From the NCBI RefSeq assembly GCF_006345805.1, contig NC_043001.1, positions 60,698,001-60,762,000 of the forward strand: a stretch of 64,000 bases of DNA, read 5' to 3'. Each line of letters starts with the position of its first letter. Position 1 is the stretch's first letter. Origin of the DNA: Octopus sinensis (Eukaryota). Below are positions 50,689 through 64,000 of this stretch, piece after piece. Made by a program: the position numbers and the translations under genes. The notes under the pieces were generated by a model, which was not told the DNA's origin, searched no databases, and was given only the letters and a program-made list of their open reading frames with translations.

Positions 50689-50725
50689 CAACAACAACAA
50701 TAATAATAACAACAATAATAATAAT
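50533..50725. repeat. (AAT)n/(AAC)n microsatellite
   Basis: Directly visible; lies upstream of an R4/Dong copy. Confidence 0.95.
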
Positions 50726-50949
50726 TTATTTCTATTTTCCAAATTAAATGATGTATTTTAACTGTGTATCATCTCTATTGCTCGCACAACACATGTAATC
50801 ACGCTCGCCAAATTACGATCTAATCAACACCAGAATATCTCCGTTCCCAAACACCATGTACAAAATAATTAATAATATATTAAATAATACCTGTAGTATT
50901 CAACCTAAAAATAATAATCGGGAGGTACGTACTTTAAACTTGTTGCACG

Positions 50950-53900
50950 AAAGTACGAAAAACTACATGTGCAAATCTATTCAACACCAGAAATGACCCG
51001 ACGATAATGATAACCGGAAAAATAAAGGCCCGGAGGTTATTCCTCATGTCACGCAAATAAAATCAAAAAGTAGAAATGAACACGTGAGGAACATATTTCA
51101 ATCCTACAGACTAATTTTACGGCCGTGCTCTACAAAGAACGAAAATACAACAATATATACATATAAAATCTGGAAGAAAAATAACAGAGATAAAGACTTG
51201 GATACAGCAAGGAACCCTAATAGACGATTTAACATACGAAGATAAATTCCGAAGGCAAGAAAATATCAGCAACAGAAATAGAACACTTAAAAGGAAATAT
51301 TCACCAGGAAAACATAGACAGTAACCACATAGCAATGCCAAATAATATCATGAGCACTGGGACTGTAAAATACGAAGAAAGATGTAACATTTCCAACAAA
51401 TTTGAAGTAAACAACTGAAGACAACAAACCGAGACCGTAGGTATGAATAATGAGGAGGAAAATGCACCAAACTAGAACACCACAAACAAAAATCTGAACG
51501 GGAGGGATTACGAAACAAAGCTAAAACTCGGAAACAGTGCAGGTGAACCTAATGATTATGATACCCTAAAAATGTGCCTAATCAAAGAAATGAAAGCCAC
51601 AGATCTCAGCATGGGCCACCGATTGTACCTCCCAAAAATTAAAATTGATACTAAAACAACATCAGTATTAAAGAGCATGAACCCGGCCGTCACAGAACTA
51701 ATAGCCACATAAACAAATGTCAACATGTCCAAGCTAAATGATATAATATATGCAGCAGCCGCCGTGGTCACAAAACAAGCTGGATATTCCCTCAAACCCA
51801 TCGAAACAGGAGTGCCACCACACACACAAACCCTGTGGGTAAATAATATCCAGAAAAGATAGAAAACAACAGAAAAGATCTGTCAATCCTTAACAAAACT
51901 AGTAGACAATCAAAACTACCAAGCAACAAGAAGAGAACAAACATACTGTATAAAGAAAAAAATACAGAAAAATGTATACCTGATGTAAAACAATTGCTAA
52001 AGGAAGATATTCTCGCCAAAGCACAAAGAATCCACCGGTATGATAAACGCCAACTATTCTTTGAACAAAACAAACAGTTTGACTCTAGCCCCAAACGATT
52101 CTAGCAAGAACTTGGCAAAAATAAAATAGACATCAATGTAGCACCAACAGCAGAAGAACTGGAAGAATTTTGGAAGCAAATATGGTCGGCGAAGGAAAAT
52201 GCCTTTCAAAACAATGAACCCAGCACCTAAACAGCTCTGGACCCATATAACAACTGACGAGATCACTCAGGCTCTGCAAAAACTAAACAGATGGAAGGCA
52301 CCCAGGCACGATAAGATCCCCGAAGTCTGGTTAAAATATCTGACAGAAACACACAAAAAGCTGGCTGAGAAATTTAATGACATACTAAAAGAACCAGATT
52401 CAATGTCTGAATGGCTCACAGAAGGAAAATCTATCTTAATCCCCAAATCCACTGAAACGGCAAATTTACAAATTTACAAAATTACAGTTCAATAACATGT
52501 CTATCTACAATTTTACAAAGCATCTACTGCAATAATATCGCAGAGAATGAGAAAACATCTGGAAGAAAACAACCTGTTTCCAGAAGAGCAGAAGGGATGC
52601 TGCAAGGACTCATATGGCTGTAAAGATCAACTAATGCTCAATAAAGTCATAATTGAAGACAGCCGCAGAAAGAAGAAGGGTATAAGTATGGCCTGGATCG
52701 ATTACCGAAAGGCTTTTTGATAGTATTCCCCACACATTGATCCTAGAAACCCTACCCATGAACAAGGTAGCACCAATAATCATAAAATATATAATACATT
52801 CCATGAATAAATGGAAGACAGTACCACAGCTCCAGACAATAGAGAAATACATAAAAATCAAAACCATCCCCATTAGAAGAGGGAGACACGCTCTCTCAAC
52901 TTCTTTTCTGTGTGGCACTGACACCTTTATCTGACGAACTAAACAGAACTGGAGGTGGATACACCTGTTATGGAAAAACTCTTATATATGGATGACCTAA
53001 AAACATACGCTACAAATGATAAACAACTGGCAACACATGGATTACCAAAATACATGGATTTACCAAAAAAATAAACATGAAATTTATTTTAGAAAAATGT
53101 GCCAAAGTAATCTTGAAAAGTAGAAAACTAGTTAATAGTAGCAACATCAAACTAGATAAAGCAAATGAAATAAGAGAATTAGACCAAAGCCAGACATTCA
53201 GATACTTAGGAATCAATGGACTAGATACGATACAACACATACAAATGAAAGAGAAAATTTCTTTAAATATTCATATAGAAGAGTTAAATTAATACTGAAA
53301 ATAAAGCTCAATGCGAAAAACAAGATAAGAGGTAACAAAACTGTAGCCGTCCCAGTTATAAGTTACAGCTACAATATCCTTAGCTGAGCACTAAATGAAA
53401 TTATCAAAATAGACAGAAAAACAAGTAAAATAGTGACATCATTTAGTATGTACTACCCACAATTTGACATAGAAATATTAAATGCACAACGTATAGAAGG
53501 CGGTAGAGGTCTTATACAGCTAGAAAACTATTTCAAAATAACCACCATAGGTCTACAAAAATACCTACTTCAGAAGCAAAGAAAACTAATACAAATAGCC
53601 ACAAAACAGGAAAAAAAAAAAATTCAGTCTTTAAGGAAGCACACAAATCCAAACAAGAAATCATACTACCTAACAACTATGAAGAAAAAGAAGAAACAAA
53701 AGCTGTATAACAACTGCAATCCAAACTAAAGCTAGAACAGCAGCGAATCATGATAAAACGATGACAAGAAAAGCCTCTTCAAGGCAAATACTGGGTTAAA
53801 TTAAACGCAAAAGGAATAGACAAAAACAAAAACCCAACAATTGTTGAAAAGCTCATGACTCGAGCAGAGACTGAAGGGATATATTAATTGCAGCATAAGA

Positions 53901-54615
53901 CCAAAACCACTCCACCAGAAATTACCAAAAACATATAATGAAAAGAAACATAACAAGTTACTGCACAATATGTGGAAAAGGACAAGAAATAATAAATCAT
54001 ATTTTCTCTCGCTGCCAACTCCTTGCTAAGGAAGAATATATTCACAAACACGACGGAGTTGAAACCTACATGCACTGGGAGCTATGCTAACACAATGGAA
54101 TAACAAAAGAAAAAAGATGATATAGGCACATTCCAGAAAAGGTCACAGAAAATGAGAAAGCAACCATGCTATGGGATATGCCAATACATGCAGACAGATA
54201 AATTAAGGCCAATAGGCCAGATATAGTAGTCAGAGATCATCAAGAAAACATACTTTCTCATTGTTGTATCAATATCAACAGATGACAACGTTTCTCTAAA
54301 AGAAATGAAAAAACAATCACAATAAAAAGACCTGGAAATAGAGGTAACTCGAATGAGGAGTCTTAAAATAGAAATAATTCCTATCATAATAGGTGCATTA
54401 GCTATGATTAAAAAAATATTCAAATACATAACAAAGACACCAGGACTAACAAATATATATAGCATACAGAAAATAGCTCTAGTCACCGCACACATCCTAC
54501 GTGAAACACTTTCAATATAGTAACTGTAAGAGCATCTCAACAAACCACAGCACATCCCCAAAGCACACTGAGTTGCGCTCAGTAGTGAAAGCACGTGAAA
54601 AAATAAGACTACTGC
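50950..54615 (+). mobile_element. R4/Dong-type LINE copy A, decayed, near full ORF span
   Basis: TYKIWKK; LYLPKIKID; WKAPRHDKIPEVWLK; YMDDLK; KYLGIN; WGKLN; HTRHDGV; NRPDIVV; IPIIIGAL; 3' UTR ending before (AAT)n. Confidence 0.88.
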
Positions 54616-54641
54616 ATGATGTAATAATAACAATAATAATG

Positions 54642-54747
<106 letters not shown>

Positions 54748-56571
54748 AAGAAGAAGAAGAAGAAGAAGAAGAAAAGAAGAAGAAGAAGAAGAAAACACAA
54801 CAACACATACATATAAAATATGGAAGGAAAACAACATAAATATAGACTTGGATATAGCAATGAACCCTAACAAACTAGCAAATATACGGAGATATATTCT
54901 CAACGCAAAAAAAATATCAGAAATAGAAATAGAACATCTAAAAGAAAAAATACACCAGGAAAATGTAGATAGAAGCCAAACAACAATGCCCAATAATATA
55001 AACACTGAAACAGTAAAACACGAAGAAGACAAATGTAACACTCCCAACACGACAAACAAACATACAAATAAGAAAGAAAACGACACAAATCTAAAACCTG
55101 GAAACAATGAAGGGGAGCCTAATGAATATGATAATATAAAAAGTAGAATATTCAAAGAACTAAAAATCACAGAGCTCAAAATGGACCACCGACCATACCT
55201 CCCAAAAATCAAAATAGACGAAACAACAACACCAATTATAAACGGCATTAACCTAGCCGTCACGGAACTAATAGCCACTGAAACAAAAAGCGATATCACT
55301 GAGCTAAATAACTTAGTATACGCAGCAGCCACTGCAGCCACAAAAGAAGCTGGATACTCACTCAAACCCGTCCAAACAGGAGTACCACTACCCAAACAAA
55401 CCCTGTGGATAAATAACATCCAAAACAAAATACAAAAAATAAGAAAAGATCTGTCGATTCTTAATGAAATCAGTAGACAATCAACGCTACTGAGCAACAA
55501 AAAGAAAACAAAAATACTCCGCAAATACATCACACAAAAAGATTTACCTGAGATAAAAGAAAAGCTAAAGCAAGATATCCTTGCCAAAACACAAAGGATC
55601 CGCCGGTACGAGAAACGCCAGCGCTTCTTTGAACAAAAGAAAAAGTTCAACTCCAACCCCCAAAAGTTCTACCAAGAACTTGGCAAAAATAAAATAGAAA
55701 TCACTGCAGCACCAACGGCAGAAGTGGAAGAATTCTGGAGAGAAATATGGTCGGCGAACGAACAACCAAAAAAAAGGAGCATTGAAATAACAAACTCAGC
55801 ATCTGGGCAACTTTGGACCCCATAACAACTGAAGAGGTCACCCAGGCACTGCAAAGACTAAGCAACTGGAAGGCACCTGGGCATGACAAGATCCCCAACT
55901 TCTGGTTGAAATATCTAACAGGAATGCACAAAAAACTGGCTGAAAATTTTAACAACATACTAGCAGAGCCAGAGACAATGCCTGAATGGCTCACGAAGGG
56001 GAAAAAACCATATTAATTCCCAAATCAAATGAGACAGCAAAACCAGAAAACTACAGACCAATAACCTGTCCCCCTACAATGTACAAGGCATTTACTGCAG
56101 TGATATCGCAAAGGTTGAACAAGCACCTGGACGAAAACAAGCTGATTCCAGAAGAGCAGAAAGGATGCCGCAAAGGCTCATACGGCTGTAAAGATCAACT
56201 AATGATCAATAAAGCCATAACTGAAGACAGCCACAGAAGGAAGAAAGGCCTTAGTATGGCCTGGATTGAATACAAAAAGGCGTTTGATAGCATCCCCACA
56301 CATGGATCCTCGAAACACTACCCATTAACAAAGTAGCACCAACAATTATAAAATTCGTTGGGCACTCTATGAATAAATGGCAAACAGTGCTACAGCTCCA
56401 AACAAAAGAGGGACTCATGAAAACCAAAGCCATCCCCATTAGAAGAGGAATATTCCAGGGATACTCTCTCTCCACTCCTTTTCTGCTTGGCACTGTCACC
56501 TCTATCTGATATGCTAAATAGAACTGGATGCGGATATAAATGTTACGGAAAACGATCAGCCACCTTTTATA

Positions 56572-57858
56572 CGAGGGACGTTCAATAAGTAATGCTCCCG
56601 ACCAACTTGCAGTTGTTTGATCTAGCTGAAATTTTGCATGTACAATTCTTTTTTTCTCTATAGATTAATTCGCAAGTTACAGCTCTTAACTAATTGTGGT
56701 TTCTGATTTACAGGTGTTTGAACTGAGTCAAGTGTGAAATGGAGCCTGTTGAGTGTCGAGCAGTGATCCGGTTTTTGTATTTGAAAGGACGCACACCACG
56801 GGAGACTTTTGATGAAATGAAAGTAACTTATGGTGATGATGCCCCATCATATGACCTTGTAAAACGCTGGCATCGTGAATTCAAACATAATCGGAACTCT
56901 GTGGAAACAGCTCCCAGATCTGGTCCCCCCCTTCTGCCATTGATGAGGCATCTGTCCATCAAGTTGAGGCTGCCATTTTGGAAGATCGACGCATAATTAT
57001 TCGCCAAATAGCCCATGAGGTCAAGATTAGAACCGGGTCTGTGGAAACTATCATTCATGACCATTTGCATATGCAAAAGGTATCTGCCAGATGGATTCCC
57101 AGGCTGCTCACACCTTTCCAGAAGCAAGAACGCGTCGAGTGCTCGAGGATGAATTTGGAGATATGCCAAGATGAGTCAAAATTTTTCAAAAGACTGATTA
57201 CACAGGATGAAACCTGGGTCCATCACTATGATCCAGAGACCAAAGCCCAGTCAAAGCAGTGGAAACACCGTGACTCACCTCCTCCAAAGAAGGCAAGGGT
57301 GCAGCCCTCCGCTGACAAGGTTATGCTCACAGTCTTCTGGGACCAGGACGGAGTAGTGATGACAGATTTCCTGGCAAAGGGTAGCATAATTACAGGAGCC
57401 TATTATGCTTCACTTTTGAGGAAATTAAGAGAAGCTATCAAAATCAAGAGGCGGGGCAAGATCAGCAAAGGCATCCTCCTCCTGCAAGACAACGCTCCGA
57501 TCCACAACTCGATGTCGCCAGATCAGAAGCACAGGCGTGCGGCTATGAACTCCTCCCCCATCCCCCTACTCTCCTGACCTTGCACCCTCTGATTTTCACC
57601 TCTTCCCAGCCATGAAGTTGTATTTGAAAGGAAAGCGTTTCCCAGATGATGCAGCCTTGATTTCTGAAGTCACGTTGAGGTTGGAGGACCAAGCTGGGGT
57701 CTTCTACAAAAACGGTCTCCAGAGCCGCATCAAACGATGGGAGAAATGCATAACTCTGGGTGGTTCCTATGTAGAAAAAGACTAATATCTGTGCCAAGTT
57801 TCGTTGCTCTACTGCTATGGGAAGTGGGTCAGGGGCATTACTTATTGAACGCCCCTCG
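56572..57858 (+). mobile_element. Complete 1287-bp mariner (irritans-like) with TIRs
   Basis: TIRs CGAGGGACGTTCAATAAGTAATGCTCCCGACC / CGAGGGGCGTTCAATAAGTAATGCCCCTGACC. TA at 56570-71; TG (mutated TA) at 57859-60. Confidence 0.95.
56739..57785 (+). pseudogene. Mariner DD34D transposase, two frameshifts
   Basis: MEPVECRAVIRFLYLKG; WIPRLL; TQDETWVHHY; LLQDNAP; HPPYSPDLAPSDF; RWEKC. Frameshifts near 56930 and 57510. Confidence 0.93.
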
Positions 57859-58559
57859 TGTATGGATGACCTAAAACTACACGCTGCAAATGACAAACAG
57901 CTGGAAACACTATTAAAGACAGTTCATGGATTAACCATAGAAATAGATATGAAATTTGGATTAGAAAAATGTGCCAAAGTAACCATGAAAAGAGGAAAAC
58001 TAGTTAAGAGTAGCAACATCACACTAAATAAAACCAATGAAATAAAAGAATTAGACCAAAGCCAAACTTACAAATACTTAGGAATCCATGAACTAGATAA
58101 GACACAACACACACAAATGAAAGAGAAAATAAAAAAAGAATATTATAGACGAGTTAGATCAATACTAAAAACAGAGCTCAATGCTAAAAACAAGATAATA
58201 GGTATTAACACTTTAGTTGTCCTAGTTATAAGTTACAGCTACAATATCCTTAACTGGACACTAAATGAACTGACCAACATAGATAAGAAAACAAGAAAAA
58301 TAATGACAGGGTCTAGGATGCATCACCCAAAATCTGACATAGAAAGACTATATATACAACGTTTAGAAAGTGGTAGAGGCCTTATACAGCTGGAAAACTA
58401 CTATAAAATAACCACCATAGGACTTCAAAAATATCTACTTCAGAAGGAAGGAAAACTGATACAAATAGCGGCAAAACACGAGCAAAACAAAAAAACTGTT
58501 CTCAGTATTTAAGGAAGCTGACAAATACAAACAAGAAATCATACCACCTAACAAATATA

Positions 58560-58720
58560 AAGAAGGAGAAGAAGAAGAAGAAGAAGAAGAGAGAAGAAGA
58601 AGAAGAAGAAGAAGAAGAGAAGAAGAAGAAGAGAAGAAGAAGAAGAGAGAAGAAGAAGAGAAGAAGAAGAAGAGAGAAGAAGAAGAAGAAGAAGAAGAAG
58701 AAGAAGAAGAAGAAGAAACA
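58560..58720. repeat. (GAA)n expansion inside the R4/Dong ORF
   Basis: Copy A has only GAAGAAAAAGAAGAA at the homologous site (about 53680). Confidence 0.92.
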
Positions 58721-59631
58721 ACAAAAGCTATAAAACAAATGAAATCCAAACTAAAACTAGAACAGCCAAAACCATGATAAAACGATGGCAAGAAAAACCC
58801 CTCCACGGTAAATACTGGACTAAACTAAATGCAAAAGAAATAGACAAAGAAAAATCCCAGCAATGGTTGAGAAGCTCAGGACTCAAAGCAGAGACAGAGG
58901 GATTTTTACTTGCAGCACAAGACCAAGGCCTCCCAACCAGAAATTACCAAAAACATCTAATGAAAAGAAATATAACAAGTAACTGCAGAATATGTGGAGA
59001 TGAACAAGAAACAATAAATCATATTATCTCTGGCTGCCCGGAAGGAATATATTCACAGACATGACAGAGTTGGAACCTACATACACTGGAAGCTATGCCA
59101 ACGTTATGGAATAACAACAGAAAAAAGATGGTATAGGCACACACCAGAAAAGGTCACAGAAAACGAGAAAGCAACCATACTCTGGGATATGCCGATACAC
59201 ACAGATAGAGAAATTAAGGCCAACAGACCAGATATAGTTGTCAGAGACCATGAAGGAAAACAATGCTTTCTAATTGATGTATCAATACCGGCAGATGACA
59301 ACATGTCTCTAAAAGAAATGGAGAAACTTTCAAAATACAAAGACCTGGAAATGGAGGTAACCAGAATGTGGAATCTAAAAACAGAAACAATTCCTATCAT
59401 AGTAGGTGCATTAGGCATGATAAAAAGTATTCAGACAAATACATTACAAAAACACCAGGACTTACAAACACATATAACATACAGAAAATTGCACTATTAA
59501 GCACTGCACACATCCTACGCAGAACACTTTCCATAACCATCAGAGCATCACAACAAATCACAGCACATACCCAAGGCACACAGAGCTGCGCTCGGTAGTG
59601 AAGTGAAAGCACGCTATAAAAAATAAAACTA

Positions 59632-59634
<3 letters not shown>

Positions 59635-59666
<32 letters not shown>

Positions 59667-59696
59667 TAATAATAATGATAATAATAATAATAATAA

Positions 59697-59740
<44 letters not shown>

Positions 59741-59769
59741 CTAGTAGTAGTAGTAGTAGTAGTAGTAGT

Positions 59770-59801
<32 letters not shown>

Positions 59802-59852
59802 CTAGTAGTAGTAGTAGTAGTAGTAGTAGTAATAATAATAATAATAATAATT

Positions 59853-59900
<48 letters not shown>
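59635..59900. repeat. (AAT)n-(AGT)n-(AAT)n compound microsatellite
   Basis: Directly visible. Confidence 0.95.
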
Positions 59901-59904
59901 TTTA

Positions 59905-61160
59905 TGGATTGATGTTACACCTCCAGAAGGTAAAGGAACAATAAGAAGAGCCGTTTGGTTCTGTCCTCAAAGTCTTCCATATCATAAGTCTTGTATCCTG
60001 TTGTCCAGGGGTATTTTAGGGTTCTCCAGTTATGGGAATGGGACTTGTCCCAATTATATGGGTATTTTTGTTGCTTCATTGTATGTCCAGGATTTTTAGC
60101 ATAAACACCTTCCATACCGCAATTGTATTTGATTTCATTTAGATAGAAAATCTATTCCATTAGTTTATCATTTGGTTATTAGATGGAGTATATAGCTATT
60201 TGAATTGCATTTGAATATTTATGCTAGAAGTGCAGCACCGTCCAGCTGCTCTTCTTTGCGCCTCCCGCCGCGATCTGGGTTTATTCCCCAATATTCTTTA
60301 CATTTTTCCACATCTGGAACCTGTTCGCTGGTATTAACCTCCTTTATTTCCTCAAATAGACGCCTTGTATTTGGTTGGAACAGTTTATTCTGTTCGAAAC
60401 CGTTGCAACTAGCATCACATCCTTAATGCTGTCACCTTTTGAGACAATTTTTCCCTGAAGTATTTATTTTCTCCCTTCTTCAAAACAGTACTGTCCATTG
60501 AATTTTCTGATTACTAAATTATTCTTGAGCTCTCCTATCAGTATCCTATTCCGTTGCCCCAGTTTTTTCCGTGTCTTTCCCACCTTCATTTGTATTCTTT
60601 TCCTCCAGTTTGGTTCTTTCTTTTCATTTGCTTCTATATCTTCAATCTTTCACTTGTAGCCTATTATGTTAGCTACGACATTAGCAGCAGCTATGATTAA
60701 CTGGTTTGTTTCACTGATATTTTCTGTTTTAACGAAGCTTAAACGTCATTTACTTTGCCTGTGGCTTTTTTCACCAGTTTTCTATTCATATACCTTACTT
60801 TTGGTAGTACTTCATTGTACTCCTCAGTCATATTACCTCGCAACATTCTTAAATGTCCTCTTCATCATTCAAATCTTGTGCAGTACTTTCTCTCACTTGT
60901 CCATCTAGGTCGTCTTCATCAGTTACTTTATCAGTATCCTCTGGTACTCTGCGGTTTCCATCTGTTTCGTATTCTTCCTCTCTTACCCCTTCCTTACCGC
61001 TTCCTGCTACTGCTGTTTCACTCTTCTTCTGCCTATTTTTCATTTTCTCTGAATTTCTTCATTCTCTACTCTCGTAATCCAGTCGTTCCAACGGATTGAT
61101 CTTGCTTGGTCTAACAGTCGTTGGGCAAATGCTTCAAAACATCCATTTTCATCCCATATT
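59905..61160 (-). mobile_element. R4/Dong-type LINE internal fragment (subfamily of 11250-14411), bounded by trinucleotide tracts
   Basis: IWDENG...QRLLDQARSIRWNDWI resembles 11600-11700; later RT-proximal motifs; (ATT)n at 61163-61310. Confidence 0.75.
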
Positions 61161-61161
61161 C

Positions 61162-61211
<50 letters not shown>

Positions 61212-61260
61212 TATTATTATTATTATTATTATCATCATTATTATTACTATTATTATTATT

Positions 61261-61293
<33 letters not shown>

Positions 61294-62278
61294 ATTTTTA
61301 TTACTATTATATGAAAACTCACAGCTGATTTTTCTGGGTATGATGGAACGTGTCAGATATCCGCAGCCAGCAGACTAAGGTGACACTTGTTCACTGGTCA
61401 TTCTTCAAGAACCCTATTATAATTATTATCTGTCTCAGGTGTTATGCCAGTGCATTCTGCTGGACAGCAAATCATATAATGTGACAAAATGTATCCAATA
61501 TGTATCTGAGCGGTCTTATCGTCCCAGATAAACAGAGCAGAGAGTTTTATGTCTTACCCAAGTTCGTTGTATTTTCATTCTCCAGCAGCTTCTCTACTTT
61601 CTAATTATAGCACTTTTCGGAAGAAGGGAAACCTCTCAGTTCACATTCTCACACTCTCAGATCTCCAATTTTTTTTCTCATTTTGTGCTAGTTTCACACA
61701 TGTAGTCTGAAACTACATGTGTAAAGGTTTCTTCTCTTTCATTACACATTCTACACTTCATGTCAATATTTTCTTCGACGACGATGACTTTTCTGTTGTT
61801 TGTCGTTGTGAAATCACAATCATTCTTTCAGTTTCTCTATTCATGCTACTTTTCTTCAGATATGTCAAGCTGTTAACTTTTCAAACTTCATCTGTAGCTA
61901 CAAAAAGTTTTCCAAGCAACTATTTCTTGCAATATGACCTTTCCCTTTCATGGTACACGTTTTCGTTCTCCTGGCCATCATCAAGTATATTTTCGCTTTT
62001 TAAAAAAAAATTCATTTCTCTCGTGGAAGTACGTTCTGAGATTAGTAATATCTATATTGACACAGTGAATATAGAAATTACCGTGAATACATAGGACATG
62101 TAATAAGGTAATTCCATAAAAAAAAAACATTTACTCGTCACTAAGTGTGCCAAATCAACTACATTGCTAGAAATGAGTGTTAACAACTCTTAATGTTGTA
62201 GGAAGAGGGCAATATATATATATATATGATCGCTGCCCCCTCGTTATCGAGTATGGCGGTTGCACGAAGCTTAACTGT

Positions 62279-62341
<63 letters not shown>

Positions 62342-62344
<3 letters not shown>

Positions 62345-62550
62345 TCACTGACAGGGGAGGTAACCGACTACCTGTTTGTTAATTTTTAGTATAGGGATTA
62401 GCATTTCTCTGAATATATATACTGCTAGACAGAATTAGGCAAACCATTAATCTGAGCAGTTACGTCTGACGATGTCTACAAAATAGGCAAAACCAAGTCT
62501 AGTCTAGTGTTTCTAGAGATGATCATAGGGCGGTTACTTCCCTGTCAGTG
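62342..62550. mobile_element. Tc1/mariner-type MITE (about 20-bp TIRs, TA flanks)
   Basis: CACTGACAGGGGAGGTAACCG (62346-66) versus CGGTTACTTCCCTGTCAGTG (62531-50) followed by TA. Confidence 0.7.
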
Positions 62551-62869
62551 TATATGTATTGCACTCTCCTTACATCACTAAGATTGCTAAATCTTATTTC
62601 TAACAATGCAGGTGCATCGACACACTTAGTCACGCTTATATTTTTCCCTTTAGAGAACTACATTGCGCCTAACTATCTGCTAGCTTCTAGTATATATATA
62701 TATATATAATATATATATATATACAAAGTGGACGGTCAATATGCTAGATATAGACGTCAAAATCGCTATTTTCCACGAAGAAAGTGTTCTCAAGAAAAAA
62801 CTCAGCACAAAACCAAAGTGTAAAAAATAAGTAAGACAAATGAAAATATACGAAATCAAACACGATTAC

Positions 62870-62944
62870 CTATGTACCGATCAGTTTCACTTGTTAACAT
62901 TCACGTATGTGCATACGCGAAAATCTGCAAGCTCATCAGCATAG
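62870..62944 (-). ncRNA. Minimal type-I hammerhead ribozyme motif
   Basis: CTATG-CTGATGA-GCTTG..(CGTATG/CATACG hairpin)..CAAGT-GAAAC-TGATCG-GTA-CATAG. 5-bp stems I and II; near-palindromic stem III. Confidence 0.82.
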
Positions 62945-63146
62945 TCTGTCGTTTACAAACATAATTTCCAGAACTAGATACAAAAACGCTTGACCAGAGT
63001 CCAGCATACATAGAGTTCAACAAATTATATATATGTGTATTTTTCAAATGCCTTCACTTTGGCGCGCTGAGATTGAAAATCTACCCTGCAGTTAATAAAC
63101 TGCAGCAGGCAATTTACCGGTTAGAGAACATTTTTTTTATTATTTA

Positions 63147-63370
63147 AAATTGAATAAGAGTAGAAATTGATGTGAATCAATTAAAACCAGTGGCCTAGCA
63201 TGTTAGAAAATCCGAAGATTAAAATATCTTTTACATACAAATGACAGTCCACTTTTAGTGGTAAGACCTTCAAATTTTGTATGTAAAAAATATTTTAATC
63301 TTCGGATTTTTTTAATATGGTAGGCCACTGGTTTTAATTGATTAACATCAATTTCCACCCTTATTCAATT

Positions 63371-63371
<1 letters not shown>
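63147..63371. repeat. Imperfect 95-bp inverted repeat with 34-nt loop, abutting (TA)n
   Basis: 63147-63241 versus 63276-63371; scattered mismatches. Confidence 0.9.
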
Positions 63372-63401
<30 letters not shown>

Positions 63402-64000
63402 AGATCGTCACTGATAAGGAGAGTAGTGATTGCATAAGTGACCTTGAGTTAGTTTTGCTGTATGTCATTGTAAATCGTGTAAATTCTTCGGAGTAGTTTT
63501 TATATTATTTCTTATTTTTCAAGAGCAAAAGCACTAAATTCAAATACTGCTATCGTTAGCGGTTAACTGTAGCTTCGCAATTCAGAATTGTTTAAACCAA
63601 CGCAAGACTGCACGACAGAGCATATTAAATTTATTAAAACATTCACCTCTGCTCTTCATGCAGTATACACATACATCGCTGATTAGAAGCAAAGGATGTA
63701 TTGAAGTACACGTGAAAACTTAGACGTCTTCAAACAAAAATAAATGTTCGTACAAACGATCCGCGCAAACTCACATATATACACGTATAATTTATACTCC
63801 GTAACACAGAGGCATTGAGGAGAAAGAGGGAGAGAGAGAGGGGGAGAGTAGGGTAAGAGAAAGAAAGCAGATGATTATGAAGAAAAAGATGATGACAATA
63901 ATTAGGTGAGATGAGATGACTCTATTGGGATAGACGACGGGCAACTAATATGTAACTCACTGTAACAAGTATAGCAGTCAAGCATAATAAATAGTTAAGA

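Larger units (their letters stand above)
54796..59632 (+). mobile_element. R4/Dong-type LINE copy B, 5'-truncated, younger, interrupted by a mariner
   Basis: WKAPGHDKIPNFWLK; NYRPITCPPTMYK; EYKKAFDSIP; GIFQGD; HLLY|MDDLK; CRICGDEQETINHIISGCP; NRPDIVVRD; LIDVSIP; EKLSKYKDL; (AAT)n tail. Confidence 0.93.

Noticed and set aside
59697-59830. (AGT)n block within (AAT)n as a retroposed A-to-I edited tail
   Set aside because: One substitution followed by slippage explains it equally well; nothing here discriminates.
62466-62504. Hammerhead-like CTGACGA-TGTCTA/TAGGCA-AAAC inside the MITE
   Set aside because: GAAA lacks its G and no stem I can form.
63242-63275. Hammerhead in the loop of the last hairpin
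   Set aside because: Neither CTGANGA nor GAAA is present on either strand.

Overview
AT-rich, microsatellite-dense animal genomic DNA. The tRNA-derived SINE types and repeat landscape look like an octopod cephalopod; this is recognition, not a database result. I could identify no intact host gene, only low-confidence small minus-strand exon candidates between 30 and 47 kb. Almost everything interpretable is transposon-derived. (1) A decayed Helitron. (2) Five copies of a Tx1/L1-group LINE, one full-length with ORF1+ORF2 and one with a twin-priming-type inversion. (3) Several R4/Dong-type (RT + restriction-like endonuclease) LINE copies. (4) A CR1-group LINE lying tail-to-tail with a SINE that shares its 3' end. 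(5) A complete irritans-type mariner inserted into the RT YMDD motif of an R4/Dong copy, plus mariner derivatives. (6) At least four Penelope-like (PLE) remnants, one Naiad-type. Two system-level patterns stand out. First, six minimal type-I hammerhead ribozyme motifs with intact cores (all GUA cleavage triplets, palindromic stem III), plus decayed ones; four sit in fold-back insertions next to (TA)n, including a 271-bp-arm palindrome with a 1-nt spacer. Second, (AAT)n tracts are repeatedly found at the ends of unrelated retroelements. A possible 74-nt intron would fuse Tx1 ORF1 to ORF2 in frame. All structures and alignments were read by eye; boundaries of decayed elements are approximate.
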